Positions 47,589 through 57,738 of a stretch of 64,000 nt of DNA are shown one piece after another. This DNA comes from Candidatus Heimdallarchaeota archaeon. GTDB taxonomy: Archaea; Asgardarchaeota; Heimdallarchaeia; Heimdallarchaeales; Kariarchaeaceae. The notes under the pieces were generated by a model. It made no database searches. It had not been told where the DNA came from and was given only the letters and a program-made list of their open reading frames with translations. A program made the position numbers and the translations under genes. The stretch covers positions 1-64,000 of the forward strand of contig WAKA01000095.1 in NCBI GenBank assembly GCA_015523565.1, given 5' to 3'. Positions within the stretch are counted from its first letter, which is position 1, and each line of letters starts with the position of its first letter.

Positions 47589-48559
47589 TATTTTTTCACT
47601 CTCTTTAATAATGCCCTCAGATCAAACAAATCTGGATATCCATCAAAATCCACAATTTCTGCAAGCTTGACAATTTCATTTAGATAATCATATAATTCTG
47701 ATTCTGGGTCTTGTTCTTTCAAAACCTTTTCCAGATAGTAGGGCTTGAAACCAATTATCCATCTCATTGGTTTTCCTGCAAAAGTGCCATAGGGAAACGT
47801 TCTAGAAAGTAATGCATCCAATTTTTGGAATGTATTTTTCAGATCAAATTGATCATCATCCATTTTCAGATCATCATGTTCTATTATAACGCTTGATTTT
47901 TCCATCATGCTTGTTTCTTCCATTGATCCCTCATTTTTTGTCTCCCTTTCTTTCTTCAAATGGCATGGCACAATTGAAATAAAATTGTATCGATTTTTAA
48001 TTGCGTCTCCCAAATAAATTTCAAGCAGGGATGACTTATTGAGAAACAATTCGTCCCGTTCTGATTGGCGAAGTTTTCTGTTCTTGTCCAAATGAACCCA
48101 TAAAACCCCTTTCTCTCCATTGATTTCCGCATTGGTAATTATCAAATCAAATTTTAAGACTGATGGCTTTGGCTCATAATTGATTTCAATAACACTGTCA
48201 GTTAAACTTATCTCAAATTCATGGCTTGTTTTACATTCCATGCATTTTCCAACCAATGTAAACAGAGTTCCTGCAAATTTCAATTCCGAAAAATAATTTT
48301 CCAATACTTCCCTGCTAAGATAGAATCCATTTTTCTCCCGAACTAATTTTCGTTTTTGTGTTTCAGGATCTCTGGTCTTGACAAAAAAGGAAGCAACATT
48401 TTCTCGTCTGAACCGATATTCTCGAGTGACCGAAGAGAGAAATGTCATCATGTCTCCAAAATCCTTCAGCCCTCGCATGGTTGATGTAAATGCATTAATG
48501 AGTTTTTTATCTTGTTCAACTTCCTTGACCCAGTCTTCAATCCTGTTTTGATGGCTCAA
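47585..48559 (-). CDS. Hypothetical protein
   Basis: 324-aa ORF with one CxxC (CMEC). Confidence 0.6.
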   Translation of the reverse strand: MSHQNRIEDWVKEVEQDKKLINAFTSTMRGLKDFGDMMTFLSSVTREYRFRRENVASFFVKTRDPETQKRKLVREKNGFYLSREVLENYFSELKFAGTLFTLVGKCMECKTSHEFEISLTDSVIEINYEPKPSVLKFDLIITNAEINGEKGVLWVHLDKNRKLRQSERDELFLNKSSLLEIYLGDAIKNRYNFISIVPCHLKKERETKNEGSMEETSMMEKSSVIIEHDDLKMDDDQFDLKNTFQKLDALLSRTFPYGTFAGKPMRWIIGFKPYYLEKVLKEQDPESELYDYLNEIVKLAEIVDFDGYPDLFDLRALLKRVKKY

Positions 48560-48643
48560 ATTCTTTTCGTGGCAAAATCTAATTTAAAAAATAAAAGCGT
48601 TTGGAATCTAAAAAGAATAAATAGGATGATCTAAAGATTAAAA

Positions 48644-49909
48644 TTGCTTCATTCTGCTTTGCGTATGATGGTTGCTTCAGTTGTGAACAATTCTATTTCA
48701 TCAAAGACATCTTCCATAAAAATCTCATTGATTGGGTTGATGCAGCTTTCTGTTGGAATGGTTACGATTGTTGTTGGAAGTTTCATTAATTCAGAGATGG
48801 CTCTCATTGGATGGAAATCAAGTCAAATTTCAATTTTTCTGGGAATTGGGATCTATTTTGAGGTTGTACGAATTTTTGTCGGAAGGTTGAGTGATTATTA
48901 TAATGCTGTTAAACCTTTCTTGATTTTTTCGTTTCTTCTTTCAATTGTCGGTTTTCTATCGGTTCCGTATACCATTTCACCAATAGGCAACCCCCTGATT
49001 ATTGTGTCAATTATTTTATTTTCAATTGGAACTGCAATCATGAGTACATTGATCGATTCTCATGTTACTGCGATCTCCCATCCTTCAGAAAGAAATCGGA
49101 TCGCTGGTCTCATTCAAGGTTTTAGGTTAAGTGGCTTTGCAGTGGGAGGAATTTTGGGCTACGTTTTCTATAAATCTCTTGAATTCTCCCAATTCATTCA
49201 GACAATGGCCCTATTTTATTCAATTTTGACTATTGTTTCCTTATTGAATATTTCTGACAGGGATCGAATTATTCAAGGAAAAACGGATGCGCATATTTTT
49301 CAAATAAATTGGGACTTCCTGTTTTCTGAAAAGACAATTATGATGATCTTATTCCTTGTAATTTATCCGATTTCACTATTTATGCAGGACAATATTTTGG
49401 AACCTTTTGCAATTGATGAGTTGGGATTCAATAAGGACGGTATTGGAAGGCTTTCCACAATTTGGGGTGTTGTTACTCTGCTGTTTGTTCCTATGGGTGT
49501 GAAAATATCGAATGCGATTGGTCGTTTCAAAACTTTGGCAATTGGTCAAATTCTTTCTTCATTCGGATTGGGTCTCTTAATTTACAGCGGTCTTGTAGAA
49601 AATCCACAATGGGTATATGCAGGTCTCACTCTCTTTGGTATTGGTGCGGGCATTTATAGCGTACCTGGAATATCAAGCATGTTTGATTTGGCTTCAGAGG
49701 ATCCTGCATTTTTGGCAACCAATTTGGCAATTTTTGGAATTCTTGTTACGATTGCAAGGGGGAGTGCTTCACTTATTGCTGGTTTTATTCTCAGTTTTTC
49801 AAATGAAAACTATTACTTGGTCTTTCTAACGGAAATAATCTTTTGCTTGGTTTCAATTTTTCCGTTTTATAAAGTTGAAAATGCTCTGGAGGTAATGAAA
49901 TCTAAATGA
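48644..49909 (+). CDS. MFS transporter, PucC/BCD-like family
   Basis: ~12 TM; GRLSD MFS motif; MQDNILEPFA resembles the PucC-family QDxILEP motif. Confidence 0.75.
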   Translation: MLHSALRMMVASVVNNSISSKTSSIKISLIGLMQLSVGMVTIVVGSFINSEMALIGWKSSQISIFLGIGIYFEVVRIFVGRLSDYYNAVKPFLIFSFLLSIVGFLSVPYTISPIGNPLIIVSIILFSIGTAIMSTLIDSHVTAISHPSERNRIAGLIQGFRLSGFAVGGILGYVFYKSLEFSQFIQTMALFYSILTIVSLLNISDRDRIIQGKTDAHIFQINWDFLFSEKTIMMILFLVIYPISLFMQDNILEPFAIDELGFNKDGIGRLSTIWGVVTLLFVPMGVKISNAIGRFKTLAIGQILSSFGLGLLIYSGLVENPQWVYAGLTLFGIGAGIYSVPGISSMFDLASEDPAFLATNLAIFGILVTIARGSASLIAGFILSFSNENYYLVFLTEIIFCLVSIFPFYKVENALEVMKSK

Positions 49910-50313
49910 AATGCATCCCTGTAGTTGCTGGCATTATATGGCATGAAGACAAGGTTCTTGTTGCTCAACGATTAAAAAAGGACAAGGCATTTCCTGGAAT
50001 GTGGGAATTTCCCGGTGGAAAGATAGAGCTTGGTGAAAGCCCGGAAGATGCATTAAAAAGAGAGATCCAAGAGGAATTGGCTTTGGATATTTCAGATTTG
50101 AAACTGTATGATGTTAAAACCCATACAATGTTATACAGAGGTGAAGATATTCAGCTTATTCTTATTTATTATCTTGCAAAAGCAAAAGATACCAACGTCA
50201 TTGAGCTGGAAGTTGAAGATGCAAAATGGGTTTCCAAAGGTGAATTATTGGCTTTTGATTTGACTCCAATGGATGCAACTGTTGCCTATCAACTGAATAA
50301 CCTTGATTATTGA
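49906..50313 (+). CDS. Nudix hydrolase, MutT/NudG-like
   Basis: WEFPGGKIELGESPEDALKREIQEEL Nudix box. Confidence 0.9.
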   Translation: MKCIPVVAGIIWHEDKVLVAQRLKKDKAFPGMWEFPGGKIELGESPEDALKREIQEELALDISDLKLYDVKTHTMLYRGEDIQLILIYYLAKAKDTNVIELEVEDAKWVSKGELLAFDLTPMDATVAYQLNNLDY

Positions 50314-50412
50314 TGTTTACATTGTTACAAATTATTCAAACTCTGTAATATTTTCCTCATTTTTTCATTTCGTGACAAATGGACATATAAATTCAGTAGT
50401 TTCAAGCAACTT

Positions 50413-51954
50413 ATGGGTTCTGATGTTTTTGAAAAATATCCATTTCTTAAAGAACTTGGCATCAAGGAAGTCAACTCTGGTTCATGCTATGGAGAAGACG
50501 GCTGGATGCCTATTGAAGGAAGGGAAATAATTGAATCTGTAACTCCAATAGATGGAACTGTTATTGCGAAAGTTGCTTTGGCAAATGATGAAGATTACGA
50601 GACAATTGTAACCAAGGCACAAGAGGCATTTGAAAAATGGAGAATGACTCCTGCACCAAAACGAGGTTTGGTTGTCAGGGATTTTGCCAATGAACTGAGA
50701 AAATACAAGGATGCATTGGGACAACTCATCACATTGGAAATGGGCAAAATCGTAGTTGAAGGAAAAGGAGAGGTTCAAGAGGCCATTGATATTGCTGATT
50801 TTGCGGTTGGGCTCTCTCGTCAACTTTATGGGTTTACCATGAAATCAGAGAGACCAAGGCACAAAATGTACGAACAATGGCACCCATTGGGTGTAATCGG
50901 TATTATCACTGCCTTTAATTTCCCTGTTGCCGTTTGGTCTTGGAATGCCATGATTGCCGCGGTTTGCGGTGATCCAATGATTTGGAAACCTTCTTCACAA
51001 ACACCTTTATGTGCAATTGCAGTCCAAAACATTGCAAATAAAGTGATGAAGAGACACGGGCTGGAAGGAATATTCAACATCTGCATTGGTAGGGGATCTG
51101 TAGTTGGTGAAAAATTGACAAATGACAGGCGTATCCCATTAATCTCCGCCACTGGTTCCACAAGGATGGGGATTAAGGTTGCTGAGGCTGTGGCCAGAAG
51201 GTTAGGTCGAACCATTCTTGAATTGGGTGGAAACAATGCCATAATAGTGATGGAAGATGCTGATTTGGATCTTGCGGTTCGTGCCATTCTCTTTGGTGCT
51301 GTTGGTACAGCAGGTCAAAGATGTACTACTACTCGACGAATTATTGCACATGAGAGTATTGTGGATGAACTTCAAGAAAGGCTGGTCAATGCTTACAAAC
51401 AAGTGAGAATCGGGAATCCATTGGAAGAGGGCATCTTGATGGGTCCAGTTGTCAGTGAAACTGCAATCAACGATATGATGGCGGCAATTGATAGCTTGCC
51501 TATGCAGGGTGGAAAATTAATTTATGGTGGTGAACGCCTTGATAGACCTGGATATTATGTGACTCCTGCAATTGCCCGTGTTCCAGGCAATGTTCAGATG
51601 GTCTGCCGGGAAACTTTTGCTCCATTGCTTTATATTATGTCATTCAAAGACATTGATGAAGCAATTAAACTCCATAATGAAGTTCCACAAGGTCTATCAT
51701 CCGCTATTTTTACTAATTCCATCAAATATTCCGAAAGATTCCTCTCTGCTATTGGAAGTGATTGTGGTATTGCCAATGTTAATATAGGGACTTCAGGTGC
51801 AGAAATTGGTGGCGCGTTTGGCGGAGAAAAAGAGACGGGTGGTGGGAGAGAAGCTGGATCTGACGCATGGAAAGCCTACATGAGAAGACAGACTAATACA
51901 ATAAATTGGGGTGATGAGCTTCCTCTCGCTCAAGGCATAAAATTTGGTGATTAA
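50413..51954 (+). CDS. Aldehyde dehydrogenase, ALDH7/antiquitin-like
   Basis: ITAFNFP, TGST, LELGGNNA, GTAGQRCTT, ETFAP, AFGGEKETGGGRE.GSDAWKAYMRR. Confidence 0.92.
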   Translation: MGSDVFEKYPFLKELGIKEVNSGSCYGEDGWMPIEGREIIESVTPIDGTVIAKVALANDEDYETIVTKAQEAFEKWRMTPAPKRGLVVRDFANELRKYKDALGQLITLEMGKIVVEGKGEVQEAIDIADFAVGLSRQLYGFTMKSERPRHKMYEQWHPLGVIGIITAFNFPVAVWSWNAMIAAVCGDPMIWKPSSQTPLCAIAVQNIANKVMKRHGLEGIFNICIGRGSVVGEKLTNDRRIPLISATGSTRMGIKVAEAVARRLGRTILELGGNNAIIVMEDADLDLAVRAILFGAVGTAGQRCTTTRRIIAHESIVDELQERLVNAYKQVRIGNPLEEGILMGPVVSETAINDMMAAIDSLPMQGGKLIYGGERLDRPGYYVTPAIARVPGNVQMVCRETFAPLLYIMSFKDIDEAIKLHNEVPQGLSSAIFTNSIKYSERFLSAIGSDCGIANVNIGTSGAEIGGAFGGEKETGGGREAGSDAWKAYMRRQTNTINWGDELPLAQGIKFGD

Positions 51955-52014
51955 CCCGTTTTATCACTCGGAAATTAAATTAAAAGCAAATTAAAATATG
52001 CTCTTGATTTTTGA

Positions 52015-52248
52015 TTACTCGTCAGCTGCAATCATTGTCATTGTTTTCCTGATGCCTTCAATATTCCTGATTCTATCGCTTACCCCTTCCCTGATGGATT
52101 TAAGGTCAGGTGCCTCCACTTTTGCGATAATGTCATAGATGCCGTATACCATATCGACTTCTTTTACTTCAGAAAGTTGTTTCAATTTTTCAACAACTTC
52201 GTCTTCCTTAGAAACATCGGTATTGATTAATATGAATGCGAGTGCTAT
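52015..52248 (-). CDS. Stand-alone Lrp/AsnC ligand-binding (RAM) domain protein, absent from the ORF track; apparent ATA start
   Basis: Manual translation: (M)ALAFILINTDVSKEDEVVEKLKQLSEVKEVDMVYGIYDIIAKVEAPDLKSIREGVSDRIRNIEGIRKTMTMIAADE; GGAGG 7 nt upstream. Confidence 0.85.
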   Translation of the reverse strand: MALAFILINTDVSKEDEVVEKLKQLSEVKEVDMVYGIYDIIAKVEAPDLKSIREGVSDRIRNIEGIRKTMTMIAADE

Positions 52249-52388
52249 ATCAATTCCTCCTTTGACAAATTACCTATCGCAACAAAACTATTTGAAGCTT
52301 TTTCTGCTAAATAATTTCTAAAACACTTGATTCTAATTTTTTGATTTTTTATTCATTGTATAATGCAATTTAAATTTTCATTACTCTA

Positions 52389-53402
52389 ATGCATTTTATG
52401 TCATTGGTATTGGCGATATTAAAAGCAGTGTTTTTTTTGATTGTATTGGCTCTCTCATCAGAACTATTGGCAAAAGGCGCTGAAATTTTGGAAGATCGTT
52501 TTGGTGCTGGATTTGTTGGATCTGTTATTTTGGGTTTTATAACTATGTTGCCAGAACTGATTTTTGTGCTAATTGCAGTTAAGGCAAGTGAAGTCGACGT
52601 TGCTCTTGGATCGGCAATCGGGGGCAATATTCTTCTTTTCACTTTTGGTCTTGGTCTTGTGATTCTACTTGCATTTTGGAAACATGGACAAGCAATTCAA
52701 ATTTCACGACTATTACGGGATGACCTTGCCTATTTATTTGTCTCTTCAATCATTATACTCATTTTTGCATTTGATCATAAATTTCAATTATTAGATGGAT
52801 TAATCCTGATTGGAATTTATCTTGTTTTTATCATTCATCAATATTGGGAGACTAAAAAATATCCAATGGGGTATCATCCTGATGACAAACAGTATTCCAA
52901 AACAATTGAAAATGCAAATATGGATAAAACTGAAAAAAAGAACATGAAGCAGAGTATCTTTTATTTTATTATTGGTGGTGTTGGTATTCTAGTTGCCGCG
53001 GAACCATTTGTTGAAAGTCTTGTCGAAATATCATTTGAAACAGGAATTCCTGCCTTATTTCTTTCATTGATAATTTCTCCACTTGCCTCTGAAATGCCTG
53101 AAAAAATATCTGCATTGATATTAACAATCAAATCAATGACTGGAGCTGAAATGGCTGTCGCTAATTTTATAGGGTCAAAAATTCAGGCAAATTCGCTATT
53201 ATTTGGAGCAATGATTGTTTATTTTTTCTATTTAAATGATTCTGCATTTCCAGTAGGTGATTCTTTTATTGATATCATGATCACAATTCTTGTAACTATT
53301 TTGGGGGTTTATGTTTTCCTTGATCTCAAACTAAACAAAAAAGAGGGTATTCTCGTTTTCATACTTTACATTTTATCGCTTATTGTTTTATATTTCTTCT
53401 AA
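52389..53402 (+). CDS. Sodium/calcium exchanger (CaCA, YrbG-like)
   Basis: Alpha repeats TMLPEL...ALGSAIGGNI and SEMPEK...AVANFIGSKI; ~10 TM. Confidence 0.85.
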   Translation: MHFMSLVLAILKAVFFLIVLALSSELLAKGAEILEDRFGAGFVGSVILGFITMLPELIFVLIAVKASEVDVALGSAIGGNILLFTFGLGLVILLAFWKHGQAIQISRLLRDDLAYLFVSSIIILIFAFDHKFQLLDGLILIGIYLVFIIHQYWETKKYPMGYHPDDKQYSKTIENANMDKTEKKNMKQSIFYFIIGGVGILVAAEPFVESLVEISFETGIPALFLSLIISPLASEMPEKISALILTIKSMTGAEMAVANFIGSKIQANSLLFGAMIVYFFYLNDSAFPVGDSFIDIMITILVTILGVYVFLDLKLNKKEGILVFILYILSLIVLYFF

Positions 53403-53453
53403 AATTCAACTTATGATAGAATCTATTTTATCTTAATTCCCTTAACAAATGAT

Positions 53454-54371
53454 GTGAACAAAATAGCTTTAATTGGTTCGAAGGGCAGCGGTAAAAATAC
53501 ATTCATTAATATTTTTGCAGGTGACAACCGGGTCTTCTCCAACGAAAATCATTTAATGGCAATTTGGACGCTAAATATACAAAATAATGAATTTTTGATT
53601 TATGAAATGGAAAATGAAACCTTGAATCAAAATGTGAGTGTTCTTAACACATGCACTGGTTTCATCATAATTATTGACACTCCAACGATGGAATTTGACA
53701 ATGACAAAGAGATCATTTCATTTTTAATCAACAAATATCCTTCACGGTCTTTTCTAATTATCTTGAATAAGATAGACCAAATTTTTAACAATCAAATTGA
53801 TTTGTCTTTTTTTGAGTGGTTAACTAATTTGAAATCAGACAATATCCAAATAATGGAAACAAGTCTTGCCTACAAATTGGATGTCCCTAAAATCCAAAAG
53901 TGGTTCACCCAACTGAAACCAGTCATAGATGTAAATAATTTGGATTTGGTATTTTATAAACTTGGAAAAAATGGTCCAAAAAATATTTGTTTTCAATTTG
54001 ACAAAATATCTTTTGGGTCAGAAGAAAAAAATATAGAGTTTTTAGAGGAATTCATGATCAATACCTCAATTCAATTGACTCAAGGCGAGGCGTATTCCAA
54101 GGGAATTTTTATTACTCCTGCGGGAAGAGTAAATAGTTTCCGTGCTATAAATATGGTTTGGAGGATGAAAGATCCCAGCCCTGAGAAAGACGAACGTTTG
54201 AATGAAGGATTATTTTTTCTATCGATCTTTCTTCCAAGTGATTCTCCGCTATTTTCAATTCCATATTATGAACTAGATGTATACTTTAGTAAATTATCCT
54301 TTGATGAGCAAAAGGGGTCAAAGGAATTTGTTTATTCTTTATTGAACGATTTTTTTTCTCAATTGATTTAA
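53454..54371 (+). CDS. Divergent small GTPase domain fused to a uDENN/longin-like domain
   Basis: G1 GSKGSGKNT, G4 NKID, G5 ETSL, degenerate G3; the C-terminal domain aligns by eye with that of 60935-61888. Confidence 0.65.
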   Translation: MNKIALIGSKGSGKNTFINIFAGDNRVFSNENHLMAIWTLNIQNNEFLIYEMENETLNQNVSVLNTCTGFIIIIDTPTMEFDNDKEIISFLINKYPSRSFLIILNKIDQIFNNQIDLSFFEWLTNLKSDNIQIMETSLAYKLDVPKIQKWFTQLKPVIDVNNLDLVFYKLGKNGPKNICFQFDKISFGSEEKNIEFLEEFMINTSIQLTQGEAYSKGIFITPAGRVNSFRAINMVWRMKDPSPEKDERLNEGLFFLSIFLPSDSPLFSIPYYELDVYFSKLSFDEQKGSKEFVYSLLNDFFSQLI

Positions 54372-54465
54372 ACCAATGTCAATCTCTATTCATTATTTCC
54401 ATATTTTTCGTAATGGAAAGAAAAAAGGTTTTCAATATTGATGTTTTGTTGATATTTGAAGACAC

Positions 54466-54981
54466 ATGGTCACAGCATACAAAATACTTGTTATTGGGGA
54501 TGGTGCAGTAGGAAAGACAAGCATTGCCACAAGATATACCACTGGCGGTTTCAAAGAAAGCCATTTAATGACTGTTGGGGCAAACTTCATGTTAAAGACA
54601 TTAAATATAGACGGAAAAAGTGTAAAATTAAGTATTTGGGATACCGCAGGTCAAGAAAAGTTCAGGAAAGTTGTTGAATCGTACTATAAAGGGGGAAAGG
54701 GAGTTCTCATCTGCTTTGCAATCAATGATCGTCGTTCTTTTGAGGCACTTGATTATTGGTATTCAAGTACACAAAAACAATTGGGTACCAAAGCAAAATA
54801 TGTTTTAGTTGGAAACAAAAGTGACCTTGAAGATAGCAGAGTGGTTTCCAGAGAAGAAGCTGAAAAATGGGCTGAAGAACATAACATGAAATACTTTGAA
54901 ACTTCAGCCTTACTGAATAAAAACATCTCAGATGTTTTTGAACATATCACCAAATTAATACTATCAAGCGAGGAAAATTAG
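54466..54981 (+). CDS. Rab-like small GTPase
   Basis: GDGAVGKT, TVGANF, KLSIWDTAGQEKFR, SYYKG, NKSD, ETSA. Confidence 0.95.
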   Translation: MVTAYKILVIGDGAVGKTSIATRYTTGGFKESHLMTVGANFMLKTLNIDGKSVKLSIWDTAGQEKFRKVVESYYKGGKGVLICFAINDRRSFEALDYWYSSTQKQLGTKAKYVLVGNKSDLEDSRVVSREEAEKWAEEHNMKYFETSALLNKNISDVFEHITKLILSSEEN

Positions 54982-54983
54982 AG

Positions 54984-56276
54984 ATGTCGGTCAATGAGGA
55001 AACTTCAACTCAAGAAATTGAAATATCTGTAAATGAGCAGATAGAAAAAACATCAATTAATATTTACACATTTTCACTACTTGATGAGGAATCTGGCATT
55101 CCCATGAATTTTCCTTTAATCTTAGGTGGTGAAAATTTAATTACTGATGAAAATGCAAAACTGAAAGTTGAAGAGGCATTTGGTCAGTTAAACCTGCAAA
55201 GCTTGTTTGGGTTTGAAAGACATATATTCCGTTCAGTTGTGTATAGTACTTTCCACCTTCATAATATCAAAGATACATTGACTCCTAATGTCTATATTCA
55301 AAAAGCCTTTACAAACAATGTTTATCTCTTCAATTACCTTTCAACTCCATATTCTGATTTGAATATTGAATCTACATTTGAAGAAATCGATTTTATGAGC
55401 AAGGCTTTATCGGGTGTTTTTAGGAGAGCTAGTGCACAAGAGAATTTAGGCGAAATAGATAATGATCAAAAATTTGAAATTTGCAAGGAAAACGTGGATC
55501 ATCTTGGTGGTTTCATGCATTATAAAATTTTCACCGAAAGGGAATTTCGTGAACGGAGTTCTTCTGTTAAGAAAACTAGTTTAATGATTTTAGGATTATT
55601 TTTTGAACTAGAGGCTGTTGCTTCTGAATATCAATGTCTCGGCAACTGTGGACTTACTTTTTCAGAAAATGACGTTGCTTTCGAAGGAAAAGACCCTTTA
55701 GATGTTGGATGTCCTAATGGTGATGAAGAAGGTCTTGTATTGGCGCCTCCTGCCCTAAAACTAAAAACGGTACAATATGTTTTGCCTCCAAACACAAAAT
55801 CTGTCTTCACTGAATTTTCTGAGGATGACTTGGATACTTCCCTATATCTTGGATATTTCACGGGGATTTTCATGCCTCGAAATATCTCTTTGACTGTAAA
55901 CAGATTGGCACCTTCACATTTTCAAGATTTGGTTTCAATTCCAAGACAGGCATTCTATTCAAACAAAATCAATTTTGAGGATTATGTCAAGATTGATTGC
56001 AATTACCGTATTGAAAACAATAAAATCATTGTATTTGCAAGCATTTCTGATTCAAGGTATAGTCAAAGCAAACATGAAGAAAATCTTGTTTCAAGTCTTT
56101 CTTCAGTAACCCTGAATCGTGATATCGTTGAAGGCTTCAAAAAGGGATATTCTCTGGAAAAAATTATAAGAGGAAGCATTCTCAATGATTGGAAAATGAG
56201 CGAGAAAATTAAAGTTGACGAAATAGGAAAGTATCCGACTCTTTTGGATATTCCAATTCAAAAAGGTGACGCATAA
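54984..56276 (+). CDS. Hypothetical protein in the Rab operon
   Basis: 430-aa ORF 2 nt after the Rab gene; Cys cluster CLGNC...GCP. Confidence 0.6.
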   Translation: MSVNEETSTQEIEISVNEQIEKTSINIYTFSLLDEESGIPMNFPLILGGENLITDENAKLKVEEAFGQLNLQSLFGFERHIFRSVVYSTFHLHNIKDTLTPNVYIQKAFTNNVYLFNYLSTPYSDLNIESTFEEIDFMSKALSGVFRRASAQENLGEIDNDQKFEICKENVDHLGGFMHYKIFTEREFRERSSSVKKTSLMILGLFFELEAVASEYQCLGNCGLTFSENDVAFEGKDPLDVGCPNGDEEGLVLAPPALKLKTVQYVLPPNTKSVFTEFSEDDLDTSLYLGYFTGIFMPRNISLTVNRLAPSHFQDLVSIPRQAFYSNKINFEDYVKIDCNYRIENNKIIVFASISDSRYSQSKHEENLVSSLSSVTLNRDIVEGFKKGYSLEKIIRGSILNDWKMSEKIKVDEIGKYPTLLDIPIQKGDA

Positions 56277-57664
56277 TGGGTCTGCTACGAGAAACACAAG
56301 AAGCAATTGCAAATGAAATCAATAAGACCTTTAGCTCTTTAGCCGCAAAAATAGACGTATTTCAAATCACACAAGATTCTTATGTTGAATCTTTAATTCC
56401 TAAACTTCAACCGTTTTTCCCCCATTTGGATGATGTAACATTGAAACAAGTCGCTGCACTTTATGGGATTTGCCTAACGGATGAATCATTAAGGGATTAT
56501 ACCCCTCAAGGGTTTGCGGAGGATGTTGCATTTCTTAATGAAATAATCCAGGAAAACGAAAACAAGAGTGAAACAGAGCCAGGGGCACCTACTGAAGAAG
56601 AAATTGACGAAGAAAATGATGATGAGATCAAGTCGAAAGAGGATTTGAAATCAGTTCCTTCTTTGGAGGATCAGGGATATGAAAATTGGTCTGATCGACT
56701 TCAAAAGGCAACAGCAGAACAATCCCCCCTAATTCGGGGATTAACAGCTTATTATCAATCCAACATTGATATTTTTAATTTTATTACCGCTTTAACAAAT
56801 GATATTGTCCTGCATAATGTAAATCAAAGAATTGAATTGGCCATCTCTTCCATTTTAATTCGTGAACACATAATTCCATTATTGGATCGATTATATTCAT
56901 TGTATCTTAATTCTGGAATTGACATAGACTTACGTTTCTTAATAGCACAAATACAATATGCTCTGGAAACATATCTTGACAATTCCGTTGAGTTTAAAAA
57001 TTTCAAGAAAAGGTTTGATGAACTAAAGCAGGTTTATCCTCTTGGGAAAGGTGCTGACTTATATTGGGACATGTCTAAGCTTCTTGTTTACGATAAATAT
57101 TATGAACCTTTGAAAAAGATGCTTGAACCAATTATAAATGATCAAATTCGTGAAAGGGAAGAATCTGCCAAGGCAATCAAGAATATTTTGGACGCACCGA
57201 AACCCCGTCAGGGGAGCACTGAATCAATTCGGTCACAAGTGGATAGCCTGATTTTTGAGAGTGTTCGATTTGGTCGTCCTTTCCAAGGGGAGCAAAGAAT
57301 TAAGGCACAGAGACTTATTGCCACAGTTCTTAAACGTATGGCTCTCGAAGAATTTGGGAAACAGGATATCCCACACATGGAAAAGTACAAAGAATATTTC
57401 ATGAAAGAATTCTTTGAACCTATAATGAAGGAATATCCGCAGTTTCTACTTCCGTTTATTGATTTTCGTCTATATCGTGATTTTGCAGAAGACCCTCTTG
57501 CACATTTCGAAAAAAACAAGGATTATATCCTAAACCAATTTTGGTTCAAAATGCGAAAAATGGGATATGTTCCACGTGGCACCCCGAATCAAATTGCAGC
57601 GGCATTTGCAGGATTGTTGCAGGACGTTCTTAATGATCCAAGGGTCAAATCATTTGATGCGTAG
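56276..57664 (+). CDS. Hypothetical helical protein in the Rab operon
   Basis: 462-aa ORF overlapping the upstream stop (TAATG); acidic linker. Confidence 0.6.
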   Translation: MGLLRETQEAIANEINKTFSSLAAKIDVFQITQDSYVESLIPKLQPFFPHLDDVTLKQVAALYGICLTDESLRDYTPQGFAEDVAFLNEIIQENENKSETEPGAPTEEEIDEENDDEIKSKEDLKSVPSLEDQGYENWSDRLQKATAEQSPLIRGLTAYYQSNIDIFNFITALTNDIVLHNVNQRIELAISSILIREHIIPLLDRLYSLYLNSGIDIDLRFLIAQIQYALETYLDNSVEFKNFKKRFDELKQVYPLGKGADLYWDMSKLLVYDKYYEPLKKMLEPIINDQIREREESAKAIKNILDAPKPRQGSTESIRSQVDSLIFESVRFGRPFQGEQRIKAQRLIATVLKRMALEEFGKQDIPHMEKYKEYFMKEFFEPIMKEYPQFLLPFIDFRLYRDFAEDPLAHFEKNKDYILNQFWFKMRKMGYVPRGTPNQIAAAFAGLLQDVLNDPRVKSFDA

Positions 57665-57738
57665 TTTTATTGTCAATTTCCTCATAAAATGTAAACTGAA
57701 AAGGAATTCTTAATTTATGACCTTTCTATTCAAATAAT

